A program made the position numbers and the translations under genes. A stretch of DNA of 64,000 nt, taken from positions 1 through 64,000 of the forward strand of contig OZ250183.1 in the NCBI GenBank assembly GCA_965238225.1, written 5' to 3'. Below, in pieces: positions 52,083 through 61,349 of this stretch; the stretch's first letter is position 1, and each line of letters starts with the position of its first letter. The notes below the pieces were generated by a model. That model was given only the letters and a program-made list of their open reading frames with translations, was not told where the DNA came from and made no database searches. The stretch is from Gammaproteobacteria bacterium. Its GTDB lineage: Bacteria > Pseudomonadota > Gammaproteobacteria > Eutrophobiales > Eutrophobiaceae.

Positions 52083-52160
52083 TTGTTGTATTTTATTCTA
52101 TATTCCTTGTGTGTCTTCTTAACGTAAAAGTCAGTGATTTAAGATGATGATTAAGCATAA

Positions 52161-52253
52161 TGGCGTGCACAACAGGAGTTGAACCTGCGACCTCCGAAAT
52201 CGTAATCCGATATTCTATCTAACTGAACTACGAGCCAACTGAACTACGGTGCC
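52161..52253 (-). tRNA. degenerate tRNA-Arg(ACG) pseudogene with duplicated D-arm segment
   Basis: Minus strand ...GTAGTTCAGTTAGATAGAATA TCGGA TTACGAT TTCGG AGGTC GCAGG TTCAACT CCTGT TGTGCAC G CCA; acceptor stem does not pair; AACTGAACTACG occurs at 52221 and 52237. Confidence 0.65.
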
Positions 52254-52582
52254 TAAACAAATATAATTATACCATTGTCATCCTTTTAAGATTATTCCGC
52301 AGCTTTAAAATTTCACTTTTTAGTCCGTACTAGATTTCAGATCCCACGCCCCTTGCACTGCTTACGCATCCTACAGATTACCCTGTACTCAAAAGGGCAT
52401 GACAAAACACGAATTTAAATGGCTAAATTCGAAAAAAACTAACTTTTCGTCCTTATTTAATGTTTGGATGACGTTTTTGTTAGACAATAAGTGCAGGTAT
52501 ACTATCATTGTATACTGTAGATATTTTATTTTTGCTCTCTTGTTTGTTTATCGCTAAGAAAAAAATCTGGAGAATTTAGAGC

Positions 52583-53098
52583 ATGAGTCAAGAACAAGAT
52601 AAGAAATTTTTTAGAAATTTTACATTTGTCCTAATTGGATTGGGCATCCTAATAGCTGTATTCATGGTGCTTGGGATCATGTTTGGCAGCTCATTAGAAT
52701 CAGCTGAGGATGCTACCGCAAAAATCATGAATAACACTATTCCAGTCGCCAAAATACAGATTCAAGGAGACGAAACTGAAGTCGAAGAAGAAGCCGCCAT
52801 GGAAGAAACTACTGATCTGGCTGCCACTGAAAACGATGATGCAGGTAAAACGACCTACGACAGTATTTGTGTGGCATGTCACGGCTCTGGTATTCCCGGG
52901 ATTCCTCAACTAGGTGATGCGGATGCATGGGCATCCCGAATTGCACAAAGTAATGACCTGAGCCTACTTTATGAGCATGCAATCACAGGCTACATTGGCG
53001 CTTCTGGCATCCCCATGCCTGCCAAAGGTGGTAACCTGAGTCTCAGTGACGATGCTGTAAAAGCAGCAGTTGACTACATGGTAGCCAACAGTCAATAA
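52583..53098 (+). CDS. cytochrome c5-like membrane-anchored cytochrome
   Basis: N-terminal TM, CVACH, PQLGD..AW..R, MPAKGG, AAVDYM. Confidence 0.9.
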   Translation: MSQEQDKKFFRNFTFVLIGLGILIAVFMVLGIMFGSSLESAEDATAKIMNNTIPVAKIQIQGDETEVEEEAAMEETTDLAATENDDAGKTTYDSICVACHGSGIPGIPQLGDADAWASRIAQSNDLSLLYEHAITGYIGASGIPMPAKGGNLSLSDDAVKAAVDYMVANSQ

Positions 53099-53173
53099 GA
53101 CATTTTACTTTTTATATATTTAACATTCAGGATAAATTTACCTGAGTTATATTTATCTCCGGGCTGCATTAAC

Positions 53174-54286
53174 TCATTCTCTTAATGCATTCAGGTAGGC
53201 TTCGTCTGACATCTTACTCCAGTTTTTGTAGCTTTCATTGAACTTTGAATAAGCATCGTATACTTTTTTGAATTTGGCATCATTTGCTGCCTCTATATCC
53301 AACGTCTCTTTGGTCAGACGTTTCAGCTCTGCCAATACCTCAGAAGGAAATTCCAATACTTCAATATTTTGTTTTGAGTATAGCTCTTCTAAAGCTGCTT
53401 GATTATGAAACTCCATCTGCGTGTATATCCATTCGCTCACGGCAGCCGCAGTTGTCTCAACCATCAATTGTAAATCTTCCGGCAATTGCGCCCATGCATG
53501 GCTATTTATCATCAACTCAAACTCTGTGCCTGGTTCATGCCAGCCCGGAAAATAATAATAGCTTGCTGCCCGATTCAAGCCAAGACGCATATCGTGGAAC
53601 GGTGCAACCCATTCCGTTGCGTCAATCATTCCACGTTCCAGCGCAGTATAGACCTCACTGCCAGGCAACAAGACTGGGTTACCGCCAGCACGTTTAAATA
53701 CCTTGCCTCCCAAACCTGGGATACGCATACGCAGACCTTTAATATCCTCTAATGATTCGATCTTTTTATTAAACCAGCCGCCCATTTGTACACCCGTATT
53801 TCCCATTGGTATCGGCACCAGATTAAAAGGTGTATAAGCTTCCCTCCATAACTCCATACCGCCGCCATGATAAAGCCAGGCGTTCATACCCTTAGCTGTC
53901 ATCCCGAAGGGGACTGATGAAAAAAATTGGGCTTCTGGCACTTTTCCTGCCCAGTAGTAGGGTGAGCCATGACCCATCTCAACAGAGCCTTGTGACACGG
54001 CATCAAATACCTGCAATGGTGGCACCAGTTCCCCGCCTGCATAGACCTGAATATCTAAACGCCCCTGACTCAAGATTTTTATATCCGTAGCAAATTTCTC
54101 GGCACCTTCTTGGAAAATAGGAAAATTGGCTGGCCATACAGTCACCATTTTCCATTTAAATGTCTGCTGACTTATGCCTGTGTCTTCATCTGCAACCTGC
54201 CCACTATCTGGCTCACTGCAAGCAGTAAAAAATAGACAAATACTTATTCCCAGACTTACGACACACCATTTAAATAACTTCAACAT
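53174..54286 (-). CDS. TRAP transporter substrate-binding protein (DctP/TakP-like)
   Basis: WKMVTVWP, FDAVSQG, YYWAGK, QMGGWF, GLRMRIPG, PGWHEP. Confidence 0.9.
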   Translation of the reverse strand: MLKLFKWCVVSLGISICLFFTACSEPDSGQVADEDTGISQQTFKWKMVTVWPANFPIFQEGAEKFATDIKILSQGRLDIQVYAGGELVPPLQVFDAVSQGSVEMGHGSPYYWAGKVPEAQFFSSVPFGMTAKGMNAWLYHGGGMELWREAYTPFNLVPIPMGNTGVQMGGWFNKKIESLEDIKGLRMRIPGLGGKVFKRAGGNPVLLPGSEVYTALERGMIDATEWVAPFHDMRLGLNRAASYYYFPGWHEPGTEFELMINSHAWAQLPEDLQLMVETTAAAVSEWIYTQMEFHNQAALEELYSKQNIEVLEFPSEVLAELKRLTKETLDIEAANDAKFKKVYDAYSKFNESYKNWSKMSDEAYLNALRE

Positions 54287-54329
54287 ATTATTTATCCTGT
54301 ATTATTTTTTAAATTATATTTGTCATTTG

Positions 54330-56510
54330 TCAAATAGCTGTCAGATTTGCATATTCTTCAACCAACCATTTACTGCCTGCTTCTTTAAAATTTACCTGAA
54401 TTCTTGTGGTTTTTCCTGAACCTTCTAGGTTCAAAATGATCCCTTCACCAAATTTTTCATGGCATACGTGCTGCCCTAAAGTATAAGCACCATTTTTGGC
54501 ATTTGCCCCATTTGTGCTATTGCTGCTTGATTCTGAACAAAAAACCATTGGCTGTGCGATCGAACCACTCATGCGTACTTCTTCTATCAGCTCTTTAGGT
54601 AATTCACTGATGAACCGTGAAGGTTTAGGATAATAATCCTGTCCATGTAAATGCCTATGCTGCGTATAAACCATCGTCAGTGCCTTTTCAGCACGGGTAA
54701 TACCCACATAGCATAGCCGTCTTTCTTCTTCTAACTGCGCTAAATCTTCTTTGCTGCGTTGATGTGGAAATAAACCTTCCTCCATACCAACCAAATACAC
54801 ATTAGGAAATTCTAAGCCCTTGGCAGAATGTAGTGTCATTAAATTTACACAATCAGAGTAGGTATCTGCTTGAGTTTCACCTGACTCCAAAGCAGCATGT
54901 GCAAGAAATGCCTGTAAGGGCTGCATGTCTTGTAATACTTCGTCATCATCCACATTAAATTCTCCAGCAGCATCCACCAATTCTTGCATGTTTTCGATAC
55001 GTGCTAAACCACGCTCGCCTTTTTCTTTGCGATAATGATCAATCAGACCGCTGGCCTCAACCACGTTATCCACTACCTCATTTAGAGGCAATCCTTTACT
55101 TTCCCCCATATGGGTAATCAACTGCATAAAACTTTCTAATGCATTCAAGGCTCGGGCACTGAGCAGCTTATTTGTTAAAACATTTTGTGCCGCTTGCCAC
55201 AATGAACACTTTTCTTTGCGGGAAATATTTCTAAGTTCTGCGATAGTTCGCTGACCTATACCTCTGGTCGGGGTGTTTACAATGCGCTCAAATGAAACAT
55301 CATCATCCAAAAATGTAGCAAGCCGAACATAAGCCAAGGCATCTTTAATTTCAGCACGTTCATAAAAACGCATACCACCGTAAACACGATATGGAATACT
55401 GGCACGCATCAAACTTTCTTCAATGACACGCGACTGAGCGCTGACACGATACAAAACAGCACTGTCTTTATAATTGCCTGTTTTGTCTTGCCAGCTTAAG
55501 ATTTGTTCGACTACATAACGGGCTTCATCATGTTCATTATATGCATTGTATAGGGCAATCTTCTCGCCACTATCGCCATTGGTCCATAATTTTTTCTCTA
55601 AACGCGAGCTGTTATTAGCAATCAATGCATTAGCAGCATTTAATATATTTGCTGTTGAACGGTAATTCTGCTCCAGCTTAATCAGCGTGTGATTTAAGAA
55701 ATCCTTTTTAAACTGTTGCATATTCTCAACGCGCGCGCCGCGCCAACTATAGATAGATTGATCATCATCACCAACTGCAAACAGGCTTCCCCTGTCGCCG
55801 ACCAATAATTTCAACCAAGCATATTGTAAAAAATTGGTATCCTGAAATTCATCAACCAATACATAACGAAAACGATCACGATATTGTTGCAGTATATTTT
55901 TATCGTCACGAAATAACTCATAAGCACGTAATAACAATTCTGCGAAGTCCACTACGCCAGAACGGTTACAGAGGTCTTCATAAGCTTGATAGATTTGAAT
56001 CATCTGATGCAAGGTATGATCACCGTTATCGTCAACGTGCTGCGACCTTAGTCCATCATCTTTACGTGCGTTAATAAACCATTGCACTTCTTTTGGCGGG
56101 CAATTTGATTCATCTATTTCCATAGCACGAAGCAAGCGACGAATAGTACGATATTGATCATTGCTATCTAGAATGGTGAAATCCTGTGGCAACCCAGCCT
56201 CTTGCCAATGAGCACGTAAGATGCGATGGGTTAGGCTATGAAACGTCCCCACCCACATACCGGGTGTGGGTATATCTAATAATGTTTCAATACGCGAACG
56301 TATTTCAGCAGCGGCTTTGTTGGTAAAGGTCACTGCCAGGATGGCAAATGGGCTGGATTGCTTGGTTTGTATGTACCAAGCGATTCGATGCACTAGAACG
56401 CGGGTCTTACCACTGCCAGCACCTGCCAGAACCATAACGTTTTCATGAGGTGAGCCAACGGCTTCGCGCTGGGATTCGTTAAGGGTATCTAAAACAAAGG
56501 AAACATCCAT
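54330..56510 (-). CDS. uvrD: DNA helicase II
   Basis: AGAGSGKT, DEFQD, VGDDDQSIY, QNYRS, TLHSAKGLEF, EERRLCYVGITRA. Confidence 0.96.
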   Translation of the reverse strand: MDVSFVLDTLNESQREAVGSPHENVMVLAGAGSGKTRVLVHRIAWYIQTKQSSPFAILAVTFTNKAAAEIRSRIETLLDIPTPGMWVGTFHSLTHRILRAHWQEAGLPQDFTILDSNDQYRTIRRLLRAMEIDESNCPPKEVQWFINARKDDGLRSQHVDDNGDHTLHQMIQIYQAYEDLCNRSGVVDFAELLLRAYELFRDDKNILQQYRDRFRYVLVDEFQDTNFLQYAWLKLLVGDRGSLFAVGDDDQSIYSWRGARVENMQQFKKDFLNHTLIKLEQNYRSTANILNAANALIANNSSRLEKKLWTNGDSGEKIALYNAYNEHDEARYVVEQILSWQDKTGNYKDSAVLYRVSAQSRVIEESLMRASIPYRVYGGMRFYERAEIKDALAYVRLATFLDDDVSFERIVNTPTRGIGQRTIAELRNISRKEKCSLWQAAQNVLTNKLLSARALNALESFMQLITHMGESKGLPLNEVVDNVVEASGLIDHYRKEKGERGLARIENMQELVDAAGEFNVDDDEVLQDMQPLQAFLAHAALESGETQADTYSDCVNLMTLHSAKGLEFPNVYLVGMEEGLFPHQRSKEDLAQLEEERRLCYVGITRAEKALTMVYTQHRHLHGQDYYPKPSRFISELPKELIEEVRMSGSIAQPMVFCSESSSNSTNGANAKNGAYTLGQHVCHEKFGEGIILNLEGSGKTTRIQVNFKEAGSKWLVEEYANLTAI

Positions 56511-56593
56511 AAAGAGGATTTTAACAAACTTCAGCCTCTATGAATGTTAATATGCATTTTTTTATTTTTAACAGGCAACGCAAATACTAAAGA

Positions 56594-57931
56594 ATGGATC
56601 GTCTGATAACACAAGAAAGAGAAGAGCTCACAAACATCATCCAACAAGCTCTTGATGAAGCGCAACGGCAAGGGGCTACTACTGCAGAAGCAGATGTTGG
56701 TACTGGTGTCGGTCTGTCTGTAACGACGCGTTTGGGTGAAGTCGAAAAAATAGAACACGAATGCGACAAGGGGCTTGGCATAACTGTCTTTATTGGGCAC
56801 CAAAAAGGCAATGCCAGCAGCACTAATTTTAGCGCAACTGCGATCAAAGAAACTGTTACGGCTGCCTGTGATATTGCCAGATTTACCAGCGAAGATGAAT
56901 TTGCAGGTCTGGCAGATGCCGAACTCATGGCACAAGGCACCCCTGATCTAGATCTTTATCATCCTTGGCAGATTGCGCCTGAACAAGCCATTAATCTTGC
57001 TGTTCAATGCGAAGCTATTGCCAAAGATGAAGATAAACGGATTAATAATTCTGACGGCACCTCAATAAGCACCTACACCGGCAATCATTTTTATGGCAAT
57101 ACCCATGGCTTTATTGATGGCTGGCATTGGTCAAGCCACACCATTGACTGCACGGTCATTGCAGAAACCAAAAACGGCATGCAACGAGATGGCTGGTACA
57201 GCAAGGCATGTAACAAAGATAATCTGCAAAGTATTCAGGAGATAGGCAAGCAGGCCGCAAAAAGAGCTACGCAACGACTGGATGCTAAAAAAATATCGAC
57301 GCGAAAATGTCCGGTGATCTTTGAAGCAGCCTGTGCCTCAGGTCTATTTTCTGCATTTATCACTGCAATTTCTGGTGGCAGTATCTATCGCAAAGCGAGC
57401 TTCTTGTTGGATAAGGTTGGCGAACAGGTATTCGCCAACCATATTCATATACACGAACAACCGCACCTCAAGGGCGCATTGGGCAGCGCGCCTTTTGACA
57501 ACGAAGGTATGGCCACAAAAAAACGCGACTTAATCATTGATGGAGTTTTGCAAGGCTATGTACTGAGTAGTTATTCTGCAAGAAAACTCGGACTACAACC
57601 AACCGCCAATGCAGGTGGCGTACACAACCTCACCGTCGACACCGGCGAATATGATCTTGAAGCACTTATCAAGCAAATGGGCACTGGCCTTTTTATCACT
57701 GACATAATTGGTTTTGGTGTTAATCAGATTACTGGAGACTACTCACGAGGTGTGTGTGGATTTTGGATTGAAAATGGCGAATTTCAATATCCAGTTGAAG
57801 AGATCACTGTCGCTGGGAATCTTGCTGAAATGTATCAACAGATTATCCATATTGGTAATGATGTTGACCTCAGAGGTAATATTCTGACAGGCTCAGTTTT
57901 GATTGAGAATATGACAATAGCTGGGGAATGA
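56594..57931 (+). CDS. pmbA: metalloprotease PmbA (TldE)
   Basis: LDLYHPW, YRKASFL, FDNEG, TGDYSRG, PVEEITVAGNL. Confidence 0.93.
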   Translation: MDRLITQEREELTNIIQQALDEAQRQGATTAEADVGTGVGLSVTTRLGEVEKIEHECDKGLGITVFIGHQKGNASSTNFSATAIKETVTAACDIARFTSEDEFAGLADAELMAQGTPDLDLYHPWQIAPEQAINLAVQCEAIAKDEDKRINNSDGTSISTYTGNHFYGNTHGFIDGWHWSSHTIDCTVIAETKNGMQRDGWYSKACNKDNLQSIQEIGKQAAKRATQRLDAKKISTRKCPVIFEAACASGLFSAFITAISGGSIYRKASFLLDKVGEQVFANHIHIHEQPHLKGALGSAPFDNEGMATKKRDLIIDGVLQGYVLSSYSARKLGLQPTANAGGVHNLTVDTGEYDLEALIKQMGTGLFITDIIGFGVNQITGDYSRGVCGFWIENGEFQYPVEEITVAGNLAEMYQQIIHIGNDVDLRGNILTGSVLIENMTIAGE

Positions 57932-58064
57932 ATATTATTTAGTCAGCCCTTAAAAATGATTTGAAATATTGAAAGTAAACCCTTACCTAATTAAGGAGGG
58001 ATTCAATTATGGCTGTAAAATAAAATTAAACTTGAAATAAGTTGCGTGTTTTTGACTAAAATAA

Positions 58065-61000
58065 TTGGATTTATCCCATAATCACAACCTAATGAACACT
58101 AAATTTTTCACCAATCAAGATCAAAATACCTTATTTAATAAGTTTAAAGGGGTTTTTGAATACAATAAAACCATTAATAATTTTGATGTTTTGGTAGGTT
58201 TCTTTCGCTCATCGGGTTATTTTAAATTACGCCCCTTATTGGAAAATGTAGAAAATATTCGTATTTTAGTAGGGATTGATGTGGATAAAATCACCGCTCA
58301 AATGCAGGCAGATGGACTGGCTTTATTCAAAGGTGATAGCGAAAAAACCATTAATAATTGGCAAAAGAAATTCAATGATGATATTCAACAAGCCAATTAT
58401 AATGCACAAACCGAGCAAGGAGTTAAGCAGTTTATAGCAGATATACAAACGGGCAAGGTGCAATTAAAAGCCCACCCAAGCCAAAATATTCACGCCAAAA
58501 TCTATATTTTTCGCCCCGATAATTTTAATCAGCATACCGCTGCCAGTGTGATTAGCGGCTCATCCAATTTGACCGATGCTGGTTTGGGCATTAAGCAAAA
58601 TGCCAATTATGAATTTAATGTATTACTCAATGATTATGAAGACATTAAATTTGCCACTGCGGAGTTTGAAAAACTGTGGGCTGAGGGTGTAGAAATACTG
58701 CCAGAAATAGCCGAAGCCAGCCTTAAACAAACCCATTTAGCAGACGACATTACTCCTTATGAATTATATTTAAAATGCTTGATTGAGTATTTTGGCAGGG
58801 CAATTGAGTTTGACCCTAATTCTATTAAAGACTTGCCTGATGATGTTAAACGATTGTCTTATCAAATGGATGCGGTTAATGAGGGTTGGGAAATGCTTGA
58901 AAAGCATAACGGCTTTTTTCTCTCCGATGTGGTGGGTTTAGGCAAAACTATGATTGCCACTTTAATTGCCAGACAATTTTATTACCATAATGGCTACCCT
59001 GATTATCGTTCTAAAATCTTGTTGGTTATTCCACCAGCACTCAAACAAAACTGGGACGTTACTTTAAAAAAATTTAAGATTGATGATGCATTTAAAACCA
59101 TCACCAACGGCAGTTTACATACAATACCCGATGCCAAAAAATACGATATGGTGATTGTAGATGAGGCACATAAATTTCGTAACGATACCGCAGAGGCTTA
59201 TACTCAATTACAAATTATTTGTAAAACCAAAACACTGGATGGCGACGACAAAAAAGTCATGCTCATCTCTGCCACGCCGCTGAATAATCGCCCTGATGAT
59301 TTATACAATCAAATCTTATTGTTTCAAGACGGTAACAACTCAACACTGGATTTTCCTTTGGCACATTTTTTCACCAAGGTCAAAAAAGAATATAAAACTA
59401 TTTCGCAATTAGCCGACAAAAAAGCAGCAGCGCAAAAAACTAGGCTACTGTATGAAGAAATTAGAGAAAGAGTGATAGTTCCGTTAATGGTCAGACGCAC
59501 TCGCACTGATTTATTAGCCAATGAACGTTACAAAAAAGATTTACAAGAACACGGTGTAAGCTTTCCAAAAAGCACGCCACCCAAACCTATTTGTTATCAA
59601 TTAGCCAATGATTTAGAGTCTTTATACGATGACACTATTAAAAAAATTGGCAACAAAAAACAAGATAAAACGGGGCTTTTGCACACTCGCTATCGGGCAT
59701 TGCATTATTTAAAACCAGAATTCAAACAAAAATACGTTAGGGCAGATTCTATTGCTGAACGGTTGGTGGGCATTATGAAATCACTGCTATTAAAAAGAAT
59801 GGACAGCAGTTTTTATGCCTTTAAACAAACTTTGGGGCGTTTTATTACATCCTCTGAAACGATGTTGACAATGATTGAAAATAACAAAATCATCATTGCC
59901 TCTGCAATCAATATTAACGATTATATTTTGAATGATAAAGAAGAAGAGTTAATGACCTTGCTGGCTGATGAAAGCCTCACAGACCCAAGCATTATTATTT
60001 ACAGCAAAGATGATTTTGAACCAGGTTTTATTGAGGGTGTCAAACATGATTATAAACTGCTCACTGCTCTTAAAGCCGATTGGGATAAAGTAACCATTGA
60101 CCCTAAGATAAATGAGTTTTTAGATCAATTGCCCGATTTTTTAGACAAACAGAAAAATCCAGAGCAAAAAATAATCATTTTCACCGAAAGCACTGATACG
60201 ATGCGTTATTTAACCGAACGAATAGATACCACCCAATACGCCAATAAAACGCTCAGTATCAACGCCAGAAATCGTAACAGCCTCAAACAAACCGTTACCG
60301 ATAATTTTGATGCCAATATTGAAGCAACAGCAAAACAAAATGATTATCAACTCATCATCACCACTGATGTTTTGGCTGAGGGTGTTGATCTGCACCGTGC
60401 TAATACGGTGATAAATTACGATACCCCGTGGAATGCCACCAAACTAATGCAACGCATAGGCAGGGTTAATCGCATTGGACAAATGGCAAGCCATATCTTT
60501 GTATATAACTTTCGCCCCACCGAGCAAATCAATGATGATATTGGTTTAGAAAAAAAGGCACTGATAAAACTACAGGCTTTTCACAGCGCCTTAGGCGAGG
60601 ATTCACAAATTTACTCAACCGATGAACAGGTTAATACCTTTGGTATTTTTGATGAAAATATTCAAGAAGAAGAAAACAAAACCATGCTTTTTTTAGAGGA
60701 GATAAGGCAATTTAAAACAGACCACCCAGAAGATTATAAACGCATAAAGGACTTACCCACTAAGGTAAGAAACGCAGTTAAAAACGCCACCCATAAAAAC
60801 GCCACTCTGGTTTTTGCCCGCACCGAGGATAAAGGCAGCAGTCGTTTTTATCTGGTTAAAGACACGGTTGAAAACTATGGTTTTATCAATACTGCCAAGT
60901 TACTTAAATGTAAAGATGGCACTCAATCAGTCACCCTACATAATCAGCATTATCCGCAAGTTCTATCAGCACTTGATGATTTCAAGGATGAAATCGAACA

Positions 61001-61346
61001 AACGATTATCAACCAAACACAACATCAACCTTTATCCGCGCTGGAGACAAAAGCCATTATATTTTTAAAATCAATCGGCAATCTACCTATTACCAACGCC
61101 GATGAGCAAACAAAAATAACACAAGCCATCAATGCCATAGAAAATAAACGCTTCCCAGCACTGCCTAGAAATATCAATCAATTAAGCAAAAACATCAAAG
61201 ACATTAAGCCGACTGTAATATTGACTAACACTTTGCAAATTATTGAAAAATTTGATGTGAATATCCATATAGAAAGTGATACCGCCCAAGAAAAACCACC
61301 TAGAAATACCCGACCAAGTATTGTAATCTCTCAGTCATACACATAA
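58065..61346 (+). CDS. phospholipase D-family nuclease fused to SNF2-type helicase (likely start ATG 58092)
   Basis: HAKIY...GSSNLT PLD motif, DVVGLGKT, DEAH, SATP, EGVDL, QRIGRVNR. Confidence 0.88.
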   Translation: MDLSHNHNLMNTKFFTNQDQNTLFNKFKGVFEYNKTINNFDVLVGFFRSSGYFKLRPLLENVENIRILVGIDVDKITAQMQADGLALFKGDSEKTINNWQKKFNDDIQQANYNAQTEQGVKQFIADIQTGKVQLKAHPSQNIHAKIYIFRPDNFNQHTAASVISGSSNLTDAGLGIKQNANYEFNVLLNDYEDIKFATAEFEKLWAEGVEILPEIAEASLKQTHLADDITPYELYLKCLIEYFGRAIEFDPNSIKDLPDDVKRLSYQMDAVNEGWEMLEKHNGFFLSDVVGLGKTMIATLIARQFYYHNGYPDYRSKILLVIPPALKQNWDVTLKKFKIDDAFKTITNGSLHTIPDAKKYDMVIVDEAHKFRNDTAEAYTQLQIICKTKTLDGDDKKVMLISATPLNNRPDDLYNQILLFQDGNNSTLDFPLAHFFTKVKKEYKTISQLADKKAAAQKTRLLYEEIRERVIVPLMVRRTRTDLLANERYKKDLQEHGVSFPKSTPPKPICYQLANDLESLYDDTIKKIGNKKQDKTGLLHTRYRALHYLKPEFKQKYVRADSIAERLVGIMKSLLLKRMDSSFYAFKQTLGRFITSSETMLTMIENNKIIIASAININDYILNDKEEELMTLLADESLTDPSIIIYSKDDFEPGFIEGVKHDYKLLTALKADWDKVTIDPKINEFLDQLPDFLDKQKNPEQKIIIFTESTDTMRYLTERIDTTQYANKTLSINARNRNSLKQTVTDNFDANIEATAKQNDYQLIITTDVLAEGVDLHRANTVINYDTPWNATKLMQRIGRVNRIGQMASHIFVYNFRPTEQINDDIGLEKKALIKLQAFHSALGEDSQIYSTDEQVNTFGIFDENIQEEENKTMLFLEEIRQFKTDHPEDYKRIKDLPTKVRNAVKNATHKNATLVFARTEDKGSSRFYLVKDTVENYGFINTAKLLKCKDGTQSVTLHNQHYPQVLSALDDFKDEIEQTIINQTQHQPLSALETKAIIFLKSIGNLPITNADEQTKITQAINAIENKRFPALPRNINQLSKNIKDIKPTVILTNTLQIIEKFDVNIHIESDTAQEKPPRNTRPSIVISQSYT

Positions 61347-61349
61347 TCT

